Assembly (NCBI GenBank): GCA_963784505.1
Contig: CAWASY010000056.1
Location: 7,952-71,951 of the forward strand
Direction of reading: 5' to 3'
DNA from: an uncultured beta proteobacterium
GTDB lineage: Bacteria > Pseudomonadota > Gammaproteobacteria > Burkholderiales > Gallionellaceae
Length of the DNA: 64,000 nucleotides
Both the position numbers and the translations under genes were made by a program. This document shows positions 21,340-30,664 of this stretch, one piece after another. Position 1 is the first letter of the stretch. Each line of letters begins with the position of its first letter. The notes under the pieces were generated by a model that searched no databases, was not told the origin of the DNA, and was given only the letters and a program-made list of their open reading frames with translations.

Positions 21340-22836
21340 TCACGGGCTCTCATCCACAGTTTTAATATTTGGAATATGCAGGTGAATAACGGTGCCCTTC
21401 GAGGGCGCACTGACAACTTCCAGCCTGCCTGACACGGCCAGCGCTCGCTCTTTCATGCCCAGCAGTCCGAAAGATTTATGCGGCGGCGTTAAGGTGGTAT
21501 CGAATCCCTTGCCGTCGTCGCGCACTTCCAGGCAGAAGTCCTTGCCGCATTCCCTGATCGTAATGTCCACACTGTCAGCCCCGGCATGACGCGCCACATT
21601 AGCCAGTGATTCCTGCACGATGCGAAAGATCGCTACAACAATCTTGTCGTCCAGACCGACCGGTTCTTCAAGAACCCGCAAACGGCAAGCGGTGCCCGTA
21701 CGTCCCGGGAATTCTTCGCACAACCAGTTGAGGGCGGGCACTATTCCCATGTTCAGTGCAGATGGCCGCAAGCGCGAGGTCACTTCCCGCACACCCTGTA
21801 TTCCCTTGTCAACCAACACCAGCACATCCTGTATCTTGCTCATCAGCAACGGCTCTTGAGCACCAAACTGGATGCGCATCAGTGAAACATCCATGCGCAA
21901 TGCCGACAAAATCTGTCCCAACTCGTCATGAACTTCACGGGCGATGAACTTCCTCTCCTCTTCGCGCACCTCAGAGCTTTTGGCCGCCAGTTCTCGCAAC
22001 GATTGCTGCTGCTCCCTAATCTCATTCTCAGCTAGCTTGCGTTCGGTGATATCATTTGCCAACCCGATCAGTCCGATGATTTTGCCTTCAGGATCGAAAA
22101 TTTTTGCCTTGGTGATTTCGAGCAGGTGATCCTGACCATCGACGAAAGGCAGCCATTCCTGCGAAAGATGCACTCCTTCCACTTGTTGGAAACATTCACG
22201 GTCGGATTTGATGCAATTTGCCGAGACAGCAGGAGGCAGCACCTCGGAATAATGGTTTGCAGCGCGGAATTCAGGTTCAGATATGCCAACCGCATTGCAG
22301 AACGTATGGTTGATGAATTTTATTCTGTGATCGACACCTAGCATCCAGATACCGATGGGTGCGTTGTCGAGCATGGCCTGAAACAGCAAATTCCGGTCAT
22401 CCTTCACACGACGCACAGCGGCAATCTCGGCCTCCAGTCGTTTGCGTTCGGTGATATCACGTGCGACGCTTAAATAGTATTTGCTTGAACCAATCTCGAC
22501 AATGCGCGAGTTGATTTCGACCGGCATAACACGGCCATCCCTGCAAATACAGGCACATTCAAAAATGGCATGCCCATGCGCCTTGATCCGCTCCACTCGC
22601 CCGGGCACTTCAGCGGTAAATTCCGTGGGATAAAACTTTCCCTGATGCAATCCCGTCAATTCATCGGCGTTGTAACCCAGCCAACGGCACATTGTTGGAT
22701 TGACACGCTGGATATAACCCTTCAGATCGAGCAACAACACGCCATCACTGGCGAACTCGAATAAATACGAGGAAAAATCTGAGGCGATAGGATTGTCGCC
22801 AACAGTGCTGGATTCCATGATTACCCATTCCTTCAC
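21340..22836 (-). CDS. Cytoplasmic two-PAS histidine kinase (HisKA_3/NarX-UhpB type)
   Basis: Two PAS/PAC domains, EERKFIAREVHDELGQ, DDGKGF, SFGLLGMKER. Confidence 0.88.
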   Translation of the reverse strand: MKEWVIMESSTVGDNPIASDFSSYLFEFASDGVLLLDLKGYIQRVNPTMCRWLGYNADELTGLHQGKFYPTEFTAEVPGRVERIKAHGHAIFECACICRDGRVMPVEINSRIVEIGSSKYYLSVARDITERKRLEAEIAAVRRVKDDRNLLFQAMLDNAPIGIWMLGVDHRIKFINHTFCNAVGISEPEFRAANHYSEVLPPAVSANCIKSDRECFQQVEGVHLSQEWLPFVDGQDHLLEITKAKIFDPEGKIIGLIGLANDITERKLAENEIREQQQSLRELAAKSSEVREEERKFIAREVHDELGQILSALRMDVSLMRIQFGAQEPLLMSKIQDVLVLVDKGIQGVREVTSRLRPSALNMGIVPALNWLCEEFPGRTGTACRLRVLEEPVGLDDKIVVAIFRIVQESLANVARHAGADSVDITIRECGKDFCLEVRDDGKGFDTTLTPPHKSFGLLGMKERALAVSGRLEVVSAPSKGTVIHLHIPNIKTVDESP

Positions 22837-22932
22837 TCAAGATTGATGAAGCTTGGCGAAAATATGCTGTAAGTTTACCACTTATTATCCTGCCGAAATT
22901 TACCGAGCCGGCTTCTTGATCCCGTTAGCCCT

Positions 22933-23225
22933 CTAGGGAGACGCTGATTTATTCACATTCATCATTGATGAAACTACCCGCTTCACTAAGCCCGCAAGGC
23001 GCTTCCCTCGCATTCACGGCGCCGACCGCATGGGTCGTGTCACGTAACTAAGCCAGTAAACTGGCAAGTTGCTGAGCCATAAATCGCCTGATGAAACTAT
23101 TAAGTTTTGGTTAAAACGATGATGCCGTTTTGCCAATACTAATATTGCTAAATTAAGGTGCGATAAAACATGCACCAAGCGGATGCTTATTCGCGGAGAA
23201 GACGAATAAATCAGCGCATCCAAAG
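22933..23225. mobile_element. IS5-family-like MITE shell containing nested hairpin insertions
   Basis: CTAG + GGAGACGCTGATTTATT (22937-22953) and inverted AATAAATCAGCGCATCC (23205-23221); interior made of stacked hairpin units. Confidence 0.6.
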
Positions 23226-23303
23226 GTGAATATTGAGCTGCTAGGATGAGTAGGAGTAGAATCCAACTTCTTTTGTGAGCGCTTGGTTGATTAAACATTC
23301 GGG

Positions 23304-25313
23304 ATGAACGAGCTGAATATATTGCCAATCGACATCGTGGGGGCTGTCGTTGTGTTTTGGATGGCGCTCGGATTTTTCGGGCTGGCATTGCAACGTTCGC
23401 CCCACGTCATTTGCCGATATGTTTTTCCGGCAGGTGCTATAGTATCGCTGGCGCTTGCTGCGACTGGACTTTGGGCGCTGGGCAGTGCTGCCAATATCGC
23501 CGTGTTGCCGCTGGGGCTGCCCGATCTGCCATTTCACCTGCGCCTTGATGCCCTTTCCGCATTTTTTCTGATCCTGCTGGGCGCAGCATCGACCGGCGTA
23601 TCGCTGTACGGTGCCGGATATTTCAAAAGTATGGCAGGCGACAGGCTGGGTTTACTGTGTCTTGAATATCATTTGTTCCTGGTCAGTATGGCAGGGGTGT
23701 TGCTGGCAGATGATGGCTATATGTTCATGGTGGCCTGGGAATCCATGGCGTTGTCCTCCTATTTTCTGGTGACTAGCGATCACGCCATTGCGGAGATTCG
23801 TCGTGCCGGATTTCTCTATCTGCTCCTTGCCCATGTCGGTGCGATCGCCATTTTGCTCAGTTTTGGCGTGATGCAGGGCGGGCACGGTGTGAGTGCTTAC
23901 ACCTTCAGTGCGATGCGCGAAGCACAGCTGAATTCATTCTGGTCATCTATCGCCTTCCTGCTGGCGCTGTTCGGTTTCGGTGCAAAAGCAGGGATGTTGC
24001 CCATGCATGTCTGGTTGCCCGAAGCACATCCGGCAGCCCCCTCGCCGGTATCTGCGCTGATGAGCGGTGTGATGTTAAAAACTGCCATTTACGGCATGCT
24101 GCGCGTGACTTTCGATCTGCTGCCTGTGCAGTTGTGGTGGTGGGGGGTGTTGGTGCTTACCATGGGGCTGATCACGGCGGTATTCGGCGTGATGTTTGCC
24201 GCCGTGCAGGGTGACATGAAGCGTCTGCTGGCCTATTCATCTATCGAAAATGTCGGCTTGTTGCTGGTTGGCATAGGACTCACCCTCATTTTTCATGTGC
24301 ATCACAAGGAGGTGCTGGCGGCGCTCTCGCTCACTGCGACCCTGTATCACAGCCTGAATCACGCCTGTTTCAAAAGCCTGTTGTTTGTCGGTACGGGTTC
24401 AATATTGCATGCAACTGGCGAGCGCAATATGAGCCGCCTGGGCGGACTGATCCATCCCATGCCAAAAACCGCAGCATTGATGCTGGTCGGCGTGCTGGCA
24501 ATCGCCGGATTGCCTCCGCTCAATGGCTTTGTCTCGGAATGGCTGTTGTTGCAGGCGTTTTTGTTGTCTCCCGGTTTGCCCAACAGTTATATTAATATGC
24601 TGGTGCCGGTCGCGGCCGCTGTCATCGCGCTGGCCGCAGCCCTGGCTGCTTATGTGATGGTTAAATTTTACGGCGTGATTTTTTTAGGTCAGCGTCGCGG
24701 ACAGGGATTGGCGCCTGCGCACGATGCCGGGTGCTGGGAGCTGGCCGGTATGGCCTGGCTGGCGTTGCTGTGCGTTTTGCTGGGTCTTGCGCCGGTGTAT
24801 GTGGTCGGCCAGCTCGATCATGTGTCGCATGCGCTGCTCGGTGCTGGACTTGGCAATGCGGCGAACGACTGGATGTTTCTGGCACCACTCGATATGGAAC
24901 GTGCCAGCTATAGCCCGTTGTATTTTCTGCTTGCCGTGCTGGGTGTGATGCTGTTGACAGGCTATCTGGTGCATCGTTACTACCATGGCAGGGTACGCCG
25001 CAGTGGTGCCTGGGATTGCGGATTTCCGGCTCAAAATGCGCGCATGCAGGATACGGCAGAGGGTTTCGGTCAGCCGATCAGGCGCATCTTTGAACCCTTT
25101 TTCAAAATTGAAAGCGAATTGCCGACTGCTTTTGATACGCATCCTCACTACAGGGGGCGTAGCGATGACCGTATCTGGTTCATACTCTATCTGCCGATCA
25201 AAACCGTGACGGAAAAGCTGTCCGGCTGGGTCTCGCTGTTGCAGCACGGACGCATACATCTGTATCTGACCTATACTTTCGCCACACTCATTGTGTTGCT
25301 GATTTTCGTATGA
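23304..25313 (+). CDS. hyfB: Ehr/hydrogenase-4-like membrane subunit B (antiporter-like)
   Basis: Very hydrophobic; KAGMLPMHVWLPEAHPAAP, KRLLAYSSIEN, WDCG. Confidence 0.88.
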   Translation: MNELNILPIDIVGAVVVFWMALGFFGLALQRSPHVICRYVFPAGAIVSLALAATGLWALGSAANIAVLPLGLPDLPFHLRLDALSAFFLILLGAASTGVSLYGAGYFKSMAGDRLGLLCLEYHLFLVSMAGVLLADDGYMFMVAWESMALSSYFLVTSDHAIAEIRRAGFLYLLLAHVGAIAILLSFGVMQGGHGVSAYTFSAMREAQLNSFWSSIAFLLALFGFGAKAGMLPMHVWLPEAHPAAPSPVSALMSGVMLKTAIYGMLRVTFDLLPVQLWWWGVLVLTMGLITAVFGVMFAAVQGDMKRLLAYSSIENVGLLLVGIGLTLIFHVHHKEVLAALSLTATLYHSLNHACFKSLLFVGTGSILHATGERNMSRLGGLIHPMPKTAALMLVGVLAIAGLPPLNGFVSEWLLLQAFLLSPGLPNSYINMLVPVAAAVIALAAALAAYVMVKFYGVIFLGQRRGQGLAPAHDAGCWELAGMAWLALLCVLLGLAPVYVVGQLDHVSHALLGAGLGNAANDWMFLAPLDMERASYSPLYFLLAVLGVMLLTGYLVHRYYHGRVRRSGAWDCGFPAQNARMQDTAEGFGQPIRRIFEPFFKIESELPTAFDTHPHYRGRSDDRIWFILYLPIKTVTEKLSGWVSLLQHGRIHLYLTYTFATLIVLLIFV

Positions 25314-26272
25314 TGGCGCATTCGGAACTGGTTTTTGCTATCCTTTTTCAGTTTACCCAGTTGCTGCTGGTGGTACTGGCAGCTCCCTTGCTGAGCGGCT
25401 GGGTAAACCAGTGCCAGTCGTGGTTGCAAAACCGCACGGGGAGCGGCGTGTTGCAGCCGTATCGCGTGCTGCACAAACTGTTTCAAAAGGATGCGGTGAT
25501 AGCGCATAACGCATCCTGGCTGTTTCGCGTGGCGCCCTATATTGTGTTTGGTTGCATGTGGCTGGCCGCCGCCATCATCCCGATCCTCGCTGTCGATTTG
25601 CCCTTTTCCCGTGCTGCGGATGTGATTGCGCTGGTGGGGGTGTTTGCAGTTGCCAGGGTATTCATTTCGCTGGCCGCGATGGATATCGGCACCGCGTTCG
25701 GCTCCATGGGGGCAAGGCGCGAAATGCTGGTGTCATTTCTGGCTGAACCTGCGCTGCTGATGGTGATGTTCAGCGCCTCAATGATCAGCGGTTCCACGCA
25801 ATTGCCGCGCATCGTCGATACGCTGGCGCATCATCAATTTGTGCTGTATCCGAGCCTGGCCTTTGCCGCGCTGGCCTTTGTCATGGTATTGCTGGCGGAA
25901 AATGCGCGTATTCCGGTGGATAATCCGAACACGCATCTGGAACTGACCATGATCCACGAGGCAATGATACTCGAATATTCGGCGCGGCATCTGGCGTTGA
26001 TCGAATGGGCCAGCAGTTTGAAATTGTTTGCATACATATCGATCGGTATTGCACTGTTTTTGCCGCAAGGCATCGTGGAGGTCGGTAACTGGCCGGGATT
26101 GCCGCTGGCAATTGTCCTGTTGTTGGTCAAATTGTTGGTGGCGGGGGCGGGACTTGCGCTACTCGAAGCATTCATGGCCAAGATGCGTATCTTTCGCGCC
26201 CCCGAGTTTCTCGGTACTGCCTTTTTGCTCGCAGTGCTGGGACTATTGATTCATTTTCTGTTGGGGGCGTAG
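25310..26272 (+). CDS. hyfC: Ehr/hydrogenase-4-like subunit C (NuoH-like)
   Basis: LQPYRVLHKL, AENARIPVDNPNTHLELTMIHEAMILEYS. Confidence 0.88.
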   Translation: MMAHSELVFAILFQFTQLLLVVLAAPLLSGWVNQCQSWLQNRTGSGVLQPYRVLHKLFQKDAVIAHNASWLFRVAPYIVFGCMWLAAAIIPILAVDLPFSRAADVIALVGVFAVARVFISLAAMDIGTAFGSMGARREMLVSFLAEPALLMVMFSASMISGSTQLPRIVDTLAHHQFVLYPSLAFAALAFVMVLLAENARIPVDNPNTHLELTMIHEAMILEYSARHLALIEWASSLKLFAYISIGIALFLPQGIVEVGNWPGLPLAIVLLLVKLLVAGAGLALLEAFMAKMRIFRAPEFLGTAFLLAVLGLLIHFLLGA

Positions 26273-26274
26273 TC

Positions 26275-26937
26275 ATGCAGATTCCACTCGCCATGCAATT
26301 CGTCAATCTGCTCGCAGCCATCTTGTTGCTGGTGGCCTTTGCCATGCTTGGGCAACGCCGCATTCTATCGCTGATCAATCTTTTTGTATTGCAGGGTGCG
26401 GTACTGGCCGTCAGTACAGCGGTGGTGGCTTACACCAGCGGACAGCATCATTTGTACTACTCGGCAGGGCTCACCTTGCTACTCAAGGTCCTGGTGTTGC
26501 CGTGGCTGTTGCACCGTCTGATTAACAGCCTCAATATCAGGCGAGATGTGGAAACACTCATGAATATTCCCACCACAATGCTGGTCGGTATCGCGCTGGT
26601 GATCTTCGCGTTCAATCTGGCCGCCCCCATTTCGCAGTTGGCCCAGGGAATTACGCGCGGACTGATCGGTATCGCGCTGGCCAGTGTACTGCTCTCCTTG
26701 TTGATGATGCTCACCCGTCGCAAGGCGGTCTCGCAGGTGGTGGGGTTTCTGTCCATGGAAAATAGCCTGTTCTTTGCTGCAACCAGCGCAACGCAGGGCA
26801 TGCCGTTAGTTGTCGAATTCGGTATCGCACTGGATGTGCTGGTGGCGACCTTTATCTTTGGTATCTTCTTTTTTCAGATACGCGAAACCTTCGATAGTCT
26901 GGATATTGCCAATATGGAAAACTTGAAAGATGATTGA
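26275..26937 (+). CDS. hyfE: Ehr/hydrogenase-4-like subunit E
   Basis: Hydrophobic; RRKAVSQVVGFLSMEN, GMPLVVE. Confidence 0.85.
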   Translation: MQIPLAMQFVNLLAAILLLVAFAMLGQRRILSLINLFVLQGAVLAVSTAVVAYTSGQHHLYYSAGLTLLLKVLVLPWLLHRLINSLNIRRDVETLMNIPTTMLVGIALVIFAFNLAAPISQLAQGITRGLIGIALASVLLSLLMMLTRRKAVSQVVGFLSMENSLFFAATSATQGMPLVVEFGIALDVLVATFIFGIFFFQIRETFDSLDIANMENLKDD

Positions 26938-28387
26938 TTTGCAACTACTTGCACTGTTATTGACGCCCTTAATTGGCGGCATGCTGCTGGCCGCGTTCGG
27001 ATCGCGCCCGTGGGCGGCGGAACTCAATTCAGTGATGAGCGGCTGTACCTTTGTTGCTGCGCTGTTACTGGCCTGGCAGGTGATCGCGCAAGGCCCGCAA
27101 ACAGCCTTTGGTGAGCAATTTTTCATCGACCCCTTCAATGTGTTCCTGGTCGTGCTGACCGCCTTCGTGGCTTTTACCACCTCGCTGTTTTCGCGACCCT
27201 ATATGCGCATCGAGCAGCATCACGGCAAACTCACCACGCCGATGCTGCATCTTTATTACAGCATGTATCAGCTATTTACCCTGACGATGCTGGTCGCGCT
27301 GACCACCAATAACATGGGCATCATCTGGGTGGCGATGGAAGCGGCTACGCTTACGACCGTGTTGCTGGTCAGCCTGTATCGCACCCCTGCTAGTCTTGAG
27401 GCAGCCTGGAAGTATTTTATTCTGTGCGGTGTGGGCATTGCGCTGGCATTGTTCGGCACGATACTGCTGTACTTCGCCGCAGAGCGCGTGCTGGGTGAAG
27501 GGGGGAATGCGCTGCTCTGGACACATCTGAATCAGGTCAAGGGGGAACTGGAACCCACTGTGTTGAAATTGGCATTCGTGTTTTTACTGGTCGGCTATGG
27601 CACTAAAATCGGTCTGGTGCCGTTGCACAGCTGGTTGCCCGATGCACATGCCGAAGGGCCTACGCCGGTGTCTGCGGTACTGTCCGGATTGCTGCTCAAT
27701 GTCGCGCTGTGCGCGGTGATGCGCAGCAAGATGCTGGTAGATGGCTCACTGGGTAATCATTTTGCCGGTAATTTGATGATGGGCTTCGGTCTGCTGTCGG
27801 TGGTGGTCGCGACGCTGTTTTTATCACGACAAAAGGACATCAAGCGCATGTTCGCCTATTCCTCCATCGAGCATATGGGGTTGATCACCTTCGCGTTTGG
27901 TATGGGTGGGCCGGTTGCGACCTTTGCCGCGCTGTTACACATGACGATGCATTCGCTAACCAAGTCGGCCATCTTCTTCGCGGTGGGACATGCGGTGCAA
28001 AAAGCCGGTACCCAGCAAATGGAACATATTCGCGGTTTGATGAAGGTCAGCCCGCGTATGGGTTGGGGCTTGATGCTGGGCAGTCTGGCGATCCTCGGCA
28101 TGCCGCCGTTTGGCGTGTTCGCCAGCGAATTTCTGATTATCACTACCGCGATGCATGCATACCCGTGGACTACGCCGATACTGCTGATGTCACTGGGGAT
28201 TGCCTTCGCCGCCATCTTCGGCAAGATACAGCCCATCGTGTTCGGCGAGACGACCGCCAAACCTCTGCCGCATTCGCCCGCGCTGTTGCCGGTTTTTGTG
28301 CATTTGCTGCTGGTGCTGGTGTTGGGGCTGTATATGCCGCCCTTTCTGGCCAACTGGTATCGTCAGGCTGCCGCGTTATTGGGATAA
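26930..28387 (+). CDS. hyfF: Ehr/hydrogenase-4-like subunit F (antiporter-like)
   Basis: LEAAWKYFILC, GTKIGLVPLHSWLPDAHAEGP, KRMFAYSSIEH. Confidence 0.88.
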   Translation: MIDLQLLALLLTPLIGGMLLAAFGSRPWAAELNSVMSGCTFVAALLLAWQVIAQGPQTAFGEQFFIDPFNVFLVVLTAFVAFTTSLFSRPYMRIEQHHGKLTTPMLHLYYSMYQLFTLTMLVALTTNNMGIIWVAMEAATLTTVLLVSLYRTPASLEAAWKYFILCGVGIALALFGTILLYFAAERVLGEGGNALLWTHLNQVKGELEPTVLKLAFVFLLVGYGTKIGLVPLHSWLPDAHAEGPTPVSAVLSGLLLNVALCAVMRSKMLVDGSLGNHFAGNLMMGFGLLSVVVATLFLSRQKDIKRMFAYSSIEHMGLITFAFGMGGPVATFAALLHMTMHSLTKSAIFFAVGHAVQKAGTQQMEHIRGLMKVSPRMGWGLMLGSLAILGMPPFGVFASEFLIITTAMHAYPWTTPILLMSLGIAFAAIFGKIQPIVFGETTAKPLPHSPALLPVFVHLLLVLVLGLYMPPFLANWYRQAAALLG

Positions 28388-28390
28388 GTC

Positions 28391-29941
28391 ATGCAAAGTA
28401 AATATCCGAACCTGAATTTGGAACGAATGAATGGCGCAATTTTGGCCTGGCGCGGCAACGTCACCTGTATGGATTTGCCGTCCATTTGTCAGTCAGTGCG
28501 TGACGGCGGCGGTCGCCTGCTCGCGTTGTGGGGCATTGATGCCAGAGTCCAGCGGGGTTGTTTTGAGTTGCATGTGGCGTTGGTTGATGAAACCGGTATG
28601 GTGTGCCTTGAAGTGGACTTGTCTGCCGAGCAGCCGGGCTACCCCGATATCAGCCGCATTTTTCCGGTGGCAAGCCGCATGCAGCGCGCAGTCTTTGATC
28701 TACTGGGTATAAGGGCTATAGATGCCGTTGATCAGCGCCCTTGGTTGCGCCACGCGGCATGGCCGGCAAACAGTTTTCCGTTGCGCCATGATTTTGTGGC
28801 GTTGACTAGTCGCAGCGATGAACTGGATAACTATGCTTTCGTTGAGGTCGAAGGTCAGGGTGTACATGAAATTCCGGTCGGGCCGGTGCATGCCGGGATC
28901 ATCGAGCCGGGACATTTTCGTTTCTCCGTTGTGGGTGAGAAGGTGTTGCATCTGGAGGCGCGCCTGGGATATACCCATAAGGGTATCGAAAAGCGCTTTA
29001 CAGGTTTGACGTTGCAACAGGGCGCAAGGCTTGCGGGGCGGGTGAGCGGAGACAGTACGGTTGCATACAGTTGGGCCTATGCGATGGCAGCAGAGAGTAT
29101 TGCCAATGTTGTGCCGCCTGATCGTGCCCTGTGGTTGCGTGCACTGTTTCTGGAACGCGAACGGGTAGCTAATCATCTGGGCGATCTGGGCTATCTGGGC
29201 AATGATGTCGGATTGGCTTTCGGTTTCTCGCAGTTCTGGATATTGAAGGAGCAATTGTTGCGAAATAACGCTGCGTTGTTCGGTCATCGTTATCTGATGG
29301 ATAGCATTATTCCAGGCGGCGTGACGGTGGATATTTCACTCGATGGAAAGCGGTTGCTCGAACAGGAACTGACTATGCTGGAGCAGCAGGTGACTATTCT
29401 GCGCGGCATTTATGAAGCGCATGCGGGTGTGCAGGACCGCTTCATCGGGGCAGGGGTGGTGACGCCAAAACTGGCGTCGCAGCTTGGGATGTGCGGTCTG
29501 GCAGGGCGTGCCAGTTCACAGGGCTGGGATGCGCGGGTGCAGTTTCCTTGCGTCCCTTACGACAAGCTGGATGTAAAAATGGCGTTGCATGATGACGGCG
29601 ATGTGGCTGCGCGCGTGATCGTGCGTTTTGATGAATTATTCGAGTCCATGCGTGTGCAGCGTGAGGTGTTAGTGAATATTCTGGGCGATGATGTCCTGCT
29701 GCATCCGCTCGATGTGCTTCCGGCAAACGGTTTTGGCGTCGGCATGGTGGAAGGTTGGCGCGGGGAGGTGATGGTGGCGATTCATACCAATGCTGCAGGT
29801 GTGCCCAGTCGCGTGCATCCGCACGATCCTTCCTGGCAAAACTGGCCTGTGCTGGAACATGCCATCATGGGCAACATCGTGCCGGATTTTCCGCTGATCA
29901 ACAAATCGTTCAACCTGAGTTATTCAGGCCACGATCTGTAA
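28391..29941 (+). CDS. Ehr large subunit (NuoC/D-like, HyfG-like) lacking Ni-binding cysteines
   Basis: VGPVHAGIIEPGHFRF, GYTHKGIEK; RVSGDST and NKSFNLSYSGHDL in place of the CxxC motifs. Confidence 0.88.
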   Translation: MQSKYPNLNLERMNGAILAWRGNVTCMDLPSICQSVRDGGGRLLALWGIDARVQRGCFELHVALVDETGMVCLEVDLSAEQPGYPDISRIFPVASRMQRAVFDLLGIRAIDAVDQRPWLRHAAWPANSFPLRHDFVALTSRSDELDNYAFVEVEGQGVHEIPVGPVHAGIIEPGHFRFSVVGEKVLHLEARLGYTHKGIEKRFTGLTLQQGARLAGRVSGDSTVAYSWAYAMAAESIANVVPPDRALWLRALFLERERVANHLGDLGYLGNDVGLAFGFSQFWILKEQLLRNNAALFGHRYLMDSIIPGGVTVDISLDGKRLLEQELTMLEQQVTILRGIYEAHAGVQDRFIGAGVVTPKLASQLGMCGLAGRASSQGWDARVQFPCVPYDKLDVKMALHDDGDVAARVIVRFDELFESMRVQREVLVNILGDDVLLHPLDVLPANGFGVGMVEGWRGEVMVAIHTNAAGVPSRVHPHDPSWQNWPVLEHAIMGNIVPDFPLINKSFNLSYSGHDL

Positions 29942-29950
29942 GGGGGCAGC

Positions 29951-30478
29951 ATGTATCGAATAATCAGACAAATCATCAAAACAGCTATCAAATCGGAATC
30001 TCCGCCCGCAGCGGATGAATCGATGCGCAATGAACCGCAGCGCCTGCAGCAGCAAATTCTGGATGTGTTCGGCGGTGCGCTCAATATTCGTCTGGTCGAT
30101 GCCGGGTCGTGCAACGGCTGCGAACTTGAGTTGCATGCGCTGGGCAATGCCTATTACAACCTGCAGGGGAGCGGCATCAAGTTTGTTGCCAGCCCGCGCC
30201 ATGCAGACATGCTGCTGGTGACAGGTCCCGTGTCGCGACATATGGAAGTGGCATTGCAGCGTACGCTTGATGCGATGCCCGAGCCAAAACTGGTGGTCGC
30301 GATTGGCGAGTGTGCCTGCACAGGTGGGCTGTTCGGCGAATCTGTCGACGGTGCGAGCTATGCCAGTTGTGGCAAGGTCTCCAATGTGATCACGGTTGAT
30401 GTGGTCGTGCCAGGTTGCCCGCCCACGCCCGTGCAGATCATGCAGGGCATACTGACCGCAATCAGTGCAGGAAAATAA
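29951..30478 (+). CDS. Ehr small Fe-S subunit (NuoB/HyfI-like)
   Basis: DAGSCNGCELE, SPRHAD, GECA, VPGCPPTP. Confidence 0.9.
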   Translation: MYRIIRQIIKTAIKSESPPAADESMRNEPQRLQQQILDVFGGALNIRLVDAGSCNGCELELHALGNAYYNLQGSGIKFVASPRHADMLLVTGPVSRHMEVALQRTLDAMPEPKLVVAIGECACTGGLFGESVDGASYASCGKVSNVITVDVVVPGCPPTPVQIMQGILTAISAGK

Positions 30479-30574
30479 GGCAATCAGGTGGGCAGCATGA
30501 ACTGCGCGTAGCGCCTCGTTCACGCCACCCTTGGCAGCTTGCTGCCGTAGTTAGGCGGGGAAGACCCTTGCGAT

Positions 30575-30634
30575 CTTTGCCTCCTCTCTCCTAGGGAGAG
30601 GAGAGCGAAGCGAGGAGTGGAGGAGAGGGAAACG
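30575..30634 (-). repeat. TTTCCCTCTCCTC...GAGGAGGCAAA palindromic repeat family, with a second copy at about 34350-34406 (+)
   Basis: Both copies share GTTTCCCTCTCCTC at one end and AGAGGAGGCAAA at the other. Confidence 0.6.
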
Positions 30635-30664
30635 GGATCGAGCTTTTCGCGACGACACAATAAA

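Noticed and set aside
23088-23098. Hammerhead ribozyme core (CTGATGA...GAAAC), also at 47415
   Set aside because: CTGATGA and GAAAC overlap with no stem II between them; the motif is explained as the left end of type A units.
22840-23300. Fluoride riboswitch upstream of the hyf-like operon
   Set aside because: TGATGA..CTA-like pieces exist, but I could not find the GGNGATGN..TCNCC 5' stem or the pseudoknot pairing.
28391-29941. True NiFe hydrogenase or formate hydrogenlyase
   Set aside because: All four Ni-binding cysteines are missing, and no maturation or formate dehydrogenase genes are nearby.
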